Below are positions 36,838-41,055 of a stretch of DNA of 41,055 nt, one piece after another. Below the pieces are notes generated by a model. That model searched no databases. It saw only the letters and a list, made by a program, of their open reading frames with translations, and was not told the DNA's origin. Made by a program: the position numbers and the translations under genes. The stretch is from Nitrosopumilaceae archaeon (lineage in GTDB: Archaea; Thermoproteota; Nitrososphaeria; Nitrososphaerales; Nitrosopumilaceae). The first letter of the stretch is position 1, and each line of letters starts with the position of its first letter. Where the stretch lies: assembly GCA_052389415.1 (NCBI GenBank), contig JBQTHX010000019.1, forward strand, positions 1-41,055. The letters run 5' to 3'.

Positions 36838-36869
36838 TGATGCAAAGTTTTTGTGTGTAACTATTAAGT

Positions 36870-37025
36870 CTACTCCTGCAATTTTTCTATCTTTATTGCA
36901 AATCGTTGAAAAGGCTCTTCCTTGTAATGATCTTTGCAAACTAGAATTGTTTCATTTGGTTCTGGACCACAATCATAAGTAATCAAATATACAGGATCCT
37001 TGTTGCAACATCTGGGAAATTTCAC
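36870..37025 (-). CDS. 51-aa Cys/His microprotein (not in ORF track)
   Basis: Manual translation from GTG: MKFPRCCNKDPVYLITYDCGPEPNETILVCKDHYKEEPFQRFAIKIEKLQE*; CC...C...CxxH. Confidence 0.65.
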   Translation of the reverse strand: MKFPRCCNKDPVYLITYDCGPEPNETILVCKDHYKEEPFQRFAIKIEKLQE

Positions 37026-37140
37026 CTAGTTTACCTTGACAAGATAAAATAAAATAGTTTAGCCCGATCTATTTCCAATAGTTTAAATTGTAATCATGAA
37101 TCAGCATTATTGACATCGGTTCAAACCGTAGGGGAACATT

Positions 37141-37170
37141 GCCTAACAGTGGGGGCGCCCGCTGTTAGGC
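37141..37170. other. GC-rich 13-bp stem-loop (terminator, stability element or part of an sRNA)
   Basis: GCCTAACAGTGGG-GGCG-CCCGCTGTTAGGC, one G-U pair on the + strand; ends 4 nt from the pepF stop. Confidence 0.7.
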
Positions 37171-37174
37171 GCTT

Positions 37175-38944
37175 TTATGATTTTACTAACATGTCGATTT
37201 GACTTTTAATATATGTAAACCCGCTTTGCCAGAATTTTTCAGATGTGATGTCTATATCATATTCTTTTAGAAGAGTTTCTGGTTTTTTTGATCCTCCTGC
37301 GCGAAGGATTTCAAGATAAATCGGTACAAAAGATCTTCCTTCTTCTTTATATCGTTGAAAGAAGGAAAGCGCAAGCAAGTTTCCAAATGAATATGCATAG
37401 CAGTAAAAGGGAGCATGATAAAAGTGAGGTATGCAACTCCATTCGATTCCAAAATTTTCTGAGACTTCTATTGAATTTGCAAACTGTTCTTTGAGATTTT
37501 TTTTGTACTCTAGATTGATTTCTTCGATGGTTGCACCATTACCTATCTTGTCATGGGCAGATATCTCAAAGGCAGTAAAGAAAGCCTGTCTCATTATGGT
37601 TGAATAAAGATCATCTACTTGTTCTGTAAGCATCAGTAATTTTTCGTCATCTGACACTTTGTTTAAAATTTCGTCGTACAGTAACACCTCAGAAAATGTA
37701 GATGCAGTTTCTGCTAAAGGTAAAGATGCTTCTTGAACAAATATGGATTTATCAGATGCTGATTGGCTATGTACTGCATGACCAAGTTCATGAGCTAAAG
37801 TAAAAACATCATTTGTTTTTCCTACAAAATTTACAAAAACATATGGTGAAATATCTGGCGATATTGTACTACAAAAAGCACCATTTCTTTTTCCATGTCT
37901 GACAGATGAGTCAATATGTTTTTGTGTAAATATTTTTCTTGCATATTCTGATAATTGTGGGCTAAATTCGTTTAGAGTTTTCAAAACAAGTTTTGCTGCC
38001 TGATCAAATTTGTATGTTTTTTGTTTTGATTTTGATAAAGCTGGTGCATAAATGTCGTACCTTCGGAGTTTTTTCATTCCAAGCATTTTTGCTTTGTGTT
38101 TGAAATAAGTTTGAAAAATATGTGCGTTATTTTTGCAAATTGTTAGAAGTGAATCTACTGTTTTGTTCTCTAAATCATTCCCAATATTTCTAACAGAAAT
38201 CGGCGACGAATAATTTCTAATTTCTAGACATTCATTTTTCCAGTTTAAAACTAGATTTTGATAAATTTCACCAAGTACTCCTTTATGTTCGTCGTACTTT
38301 GCTAAAAGTGACTTGTATGCAACCTCCCTGATTCTTGATTTTTGATTTTTAATTAATTGTGTAAGCTGTTCTCGATTGTATTTTTTTTCAGTACCATCAA
38401 TCTTTACCACATATTGGAAACTATTGGTAATTTTATCGTATAATTTTACTAGTGCGGCGCTTCCTGTGACATCCAAGGTATTGACTATTTTTTCCTCAGG
38501 TTCAGAGAGTGAGTACTTGGCAACTTTACGTTTATGCCCTAAAAACTCGGTCAACTGACCTGCTTGTCTCAATAACCTATCAGCGTTTTTTTGGTTAATC
38601 TTTTTCTTCCACCATTGATCAAAAAACAGTGTTTTATTTTCAACCTCAGAACTTAATTTAGTCATAGTTGTAAGTAATGTTGTTGCCTCATCAGACTGGG
38701 TGTTAGCAGAATAAAGAAGAGAGGAATAACCGCTAACTATGCTTACTTCTTTTGAAATTTCTTCTAGCTCATTTAGTATCTTAAAGAACCTCTTTGATGA
38801 AATAGATTCTTTTAGATGGGCTTTGTTTTTTTCAAAATTCGTTGCTCTGGTTTTTATCTCTTGGATTTTTTTAGCAAACTGAGGACTCTTGTAGTTTTTT
38901 ACTAACTTTGTCAAGTCCCACTCTCCAAGATCAAAACACTCCAT
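37175..38944 (-). CDS. pepF: M3B family oligoendopeptidase F
   Basis: WDL..L, GKR.GAFC, TLAHELGHAVH, AETASTF.E, W..IPHFY..PFYCYAY.FG. Confidence 0.93.
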   Translation of the reverse strand: MECFDLGEWDLTKLVKNYKSPQFAKKIQEIKTRATNFEKNKAHLKESISSKRFFKILNELEEISKEVSIVSGYSSLLYSANTQSDEATTLLTTMTKLSSEVENKTLFFDQWWKKKINQKNADRLLRQAGQLTEFLGHKRKVAKYSLSEPEEKIVNTLDVTGSAALVKLYDKITNSFQYVVKIDGTEKKYNREQLTQLIKNQKSRIREVAYKSLLAKYDEHKGVLGEIYQNLVLNWKNECLEIRNYSSPISVRNIGNDLENKTVDSLLTICKNNAHIFQTYFKHKAKMLGMKKLRRYDIYAPALSKSKQKTYKFDQAAKLVLKTLNEFSPQLSEYARKIFTQKHIDSSVRHGKRNGAFCSTISPDISPYVFVNFVGKTNDVFTLAHELGHAVHSQSASDKSIFVQEASLPLAETASTFSEVLLYDEILNKVSDDEKLLMLTEQVDDLYSTIMRQAFFTAFEISAHDKIGNGATIEEINLEYKKNLKEQFANSIEVSENFGIEWSCIPHFYHAPFYCYAYSFGNLLALSFFQRYKEEGRSFVPIYLEILRAGGSKKPETLLKEYDIDITSEKFWQSGFTYIKSQIDMLVKS

Positions 38945-39134
38945 TTTATCTAGGAATGTATTATTGTGTTAAAAACTATGTGTGATTAAGAATGAATTTA
39001 TCGATCAGATTTGTTTCTAGTAATTAACCAAAAGCTCAATAATTGATCAAAATCTGCCCTTTGCTGGAATCAGAATTAAGACATGACAATTCCCAAAATC
39101 AAAAATACGATCATAAAATGATGACCGAAATGAA

Positions 39135-39148
39135 CGAAAGCTTTTAAT
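39135..39148 (+). promoter_or_regulatory. BRE/TATA promoter of the surface-protein gene
   Basis: CGAAAG-CTTTTAAT about 25 nt upstream of TTG 39173, consistent with a near-leaderless transcript. Confidence 0.55.
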
Positions 39149-39172
39149 CATGTTATTTTATTCCCAGTAATA

Positions 39173-41055
39173 TTGCAATCCAAGTTTTATGCGCTGACTT
39201 TAGCATTTTTGCTACTTTTTAGTGCCTTACCAAATGTAATGGCTCAGGGAATAGATCGTGACAAGGACGGTATTGAAGATGATATTGATGATTGTCCTGT
39301 TTTACCAGAAGATTATGAAGGAATAATGGACGAGGATGGATGTCCTGATCTGTATCTTTCCACCCTGGACACGGACTTTGACGGAGTTTCAGACCTTTAT
39401 GATACATGTCCGGACGCAAAGGAGACAAATAACAAGTTTGAAGATGAAGATGGTTGTCCAGACGTTTCACCTGCTGAAAAATCCAAAGGAATGCTTGATG
39501 CCGATGATGATGGAATAACAGACAGACGAGATAACTGCCCTAGTCAGCCAGAGACGTATAATAAATACTTGGATAGCGATGGATGTCCCGACAAACTTGA
39601 CTCCCAAATTGATACAGATAGGGATGGATTGAAAGATACTGTAGATAAATGTCCTACCTATGGTGAGACATATAACAAATTTATAGATGAAGACGGATGT
39701 CCGGATCGCGTTGTTCCTGTCTCAAAAGATGCCATGTTAGTTGACAGTGATGATGATGGAGTTCCAGACTGGCAAGACAGATGCAAGACAGAAGCCGAAG
39801 TGTTTAATCAATTCAAAGACACAGATGGATGTCCTGATGAATATATCCCACCACGTGAATATGTTCCAGGAACACCAGACGATGACAAGGATGGATACTT
39901 TAATGATGAGGACAAATGTCCTACTGCACCTGAAACTTGGAACAAGTACAAGGACAACGACGGCTGTCCAGATGTTTATCCAAAAGAAAGATTACTTAAT
40001 GATGATACTTATCATGTTGAAGAAGGAACCAAAGTAACACTGACAGGAGAAGGAACTGATCCAAATCCTGAAGATGAATTAACTTTTTCATGGATGCAAA
40101 ATGAAGGTGAAGATATTGAATTATCATCAAACACTGCAAAAAATCCATGGTTTATTGCACCAGATGTAGATAATGGTCAGACAAAGATCCTAGGATTTGA
40201 ATTAACTGTGGAGGATGGACGTGGTGGCAAAGACACAGATGCAGTAAGAATTACAGTAGAACCAGTAAACGGTTATCCAACTGCAGATGCCGGTGAAGAT
40301 CAAGCTGTTGATCCGCTTTCAGATGTTACTCTGGCATGCTCAGGAAGTGATCCTGACGGTGACAAATTATCCTTTGTATGGAGACAAATTAACGGAGTTC
40401 CTGTAGTCCTTTCTTCAAATACTACACCTACTCCAACATTTACAGCCCCATCTAGAATTATCCAACAGCCATTAACATTCGAGTGTACAGTATTGGACGG
40501 ATTTGGTGGAAAAGCAGCAGATACTACTATGGTAACTGTAGGCAAGACAACAGTAAGCTTGCTTGACGCAGATGCTGGTCCAGACCAAACAGTTGACGAA
40601 GGCACTCCAGTAGACTTGGATGGAACTGCAAGTAGTGCTCCAAACGGTGAAGAATTGACCTTCTCATGGCTTCAAACTTTTGGTGAATCTGTATTACTAG
40701 AAGGCGACAATACGGCAACTCCTTCATTTATTGCACCAGACGTAGAAAATGGTGAGACCAAGGTTTTGATGTTTAGACTTACAGTATCAGCTGAAGGATT
40801 AGGTAGTGCTACTGATCTAGTGGCAATTAGAGTAGTGACAGGTAATAATCCACCCACTGCTGATGCCGGTCCTGACCAAACAGTAAACAAACGCTCTCTA
40901 GTCAAACTTGACGGTTCTGGTGAAGATCCTGATGGTGATAAATTAAGATATGATTGGAAACAAACAGGTGGAGAACAAGTGAAACTGTCTTCAAATATTA
41001 CTCCGGCACCAAGCTTTACTGCTCCAGCAGTACCAAATGGTGGTTCAAAGACTTT
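39173..41055 (+). CDS. large secreted TSP3-repeat and PKD-like Ig-fold surface protein, 3'-truncated by the window (not in ORF track)
   Basis: Open frame from TTG 39173 to the window end: signal MQSKFYALTLAFLLLFSALPNVMA; six units DxDxDG..D..D.CP...E......D.DGCPD; then four about 95-aa domains (PTADAG.DQ.V...V.L.G...DPDGD.L...W.Q..G..V.L.......P.F.AP), the last incomplete. Confidence 0.9.
   Translation, partial: MQSKFYALTLAFLLLFSALPNVMAQGIDRDKDGIEDDIDDCPVLPEDYEGIMDEDGCPDLYLSTLDTDFDGVSDLYDTCPDAKETNNKFEDEDGCPDVSPAEKSKGMLDADDDGITDRRDNCPSQPETYNKYLDSDGCPDKLDSQIDTDRDGLKDTVDKCPTYGETYNKFIDEDGCPDRVVPVSKDAMLVDSDDDGVPDWQDRCKTEAEVFNQFKDTDGCPDEYIPPREYVPGTPDDDKDGYFNDEDKCPTAPETWNKYKDNDGCPDVYPKERLLNDDTYHVEEGTKVTLTGEGTDPNPEDELTFSWMQNEGEDIELSSNTAKNPWFIAPDVDNGQTKILGFELTVEDGRGGKDTDAVRITVEPVNGYPTADAGEDQAVDPLSDVTLACSGSDPDGDKLSFVWRQINGVPVVLSSNTTPTPTFTAPSRIIQQPLTFECTVLDGFGGKAADTTMVTVGKTTVSLLDADAGPDQTVDEGTPVDLDGTASSAPNGEELTFSWLQTFGESVLLEGDNTATPSFIAPDVENGETKVLMFRLTVSAEGLGSATDLVAIRVVTGNNPPTADAGPDQTVNKRSLVKLDGSGEDPDGDKLRYDWKQTGGEQVKLSSNITPAPSFTAPAVPNGGSKT

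Noticed and set aside
37114-37135. tRNA or tRNA fragment (GGTTCAAACC resembles a T-arm)
   Set aside because: 6-nt loop, 3-bp stem, and no acceptor, D or anticodon arms can be built around it.
37141-37170. Integron attC site (ends GCCTAAC...GTTAGGC match RYYYAAC/GTTRRRY)
   Set aside because: Only 30 bp, much shorter than attC sites; no L boxes or extrahelical bases, no cassette array and no integrase.
39250-39975. CRISPR-like or DNA-level repeat array (recurring GATGGATGTCC)
   Set aside because: The repeats are the codons for DGCPD in TSP3 units, vary at synonymous positions and lie in an open frame; no cas genes.
915-40905. Many short antisense or alternate-frame ORFs in the track (e.g. 915-1244, 14436-14879, 20575-20922, 33342-33704, 39219-39470, 40300-40605)
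   Set aside because: They overlap well-supported genes and read as shadow ORFs with no motifs.

Overview
AT-rich, gene-dense archaeal chromosome segment. Gene content points to an ammonia-oxidising thaumarchaeon (Nitrososphaerota, probably Nitrosopumilaceae; inference): a thaumarchaeosortase with Ser at the catalytic position, a stand-alone ATP synthase subunit F, Nre, Alba, SMC, an archaeal SelB-like protein and a NitrOD-like domain protein. Most of the window is housekeeping: DNA repair and chromosome genes (DUF99, nreA, dinB, alba, smc), the ilvB-ilvN-leuA-leuB operon, aspS, peptide ABC ATPases, an lsrF-like aldolase with a Zn-dehydrogenase, pdaD and pepF. It ends inside a large secreted TSP3-repeat/PKD-like surface protein that the ORF track omits. 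I saw no rRNA, tRNA, CRISPR array or transposase. Two observations stand out. (1) An unannotated 19-codon Leu/Ile/Val-rich leader ORF (MKLGGSTGISSILLVDLIL) followed by a U-rich tract lies directly upstream of the ilv-leu operon, a candidate archaeal leader-peptide attenuator. (2) An Lrp-domain / truncated MshC-like CysRS paralog / GNAT / inositol-3-phosphate synthase cluster resembles the logic of mycothiol biosynthesis. I also found four unannotated microproteins (three Cys-rich, one membrane) and a GC-rich hairpin that may be an sRNA. All family calls are from motif recognition by eye; no database searches were run.
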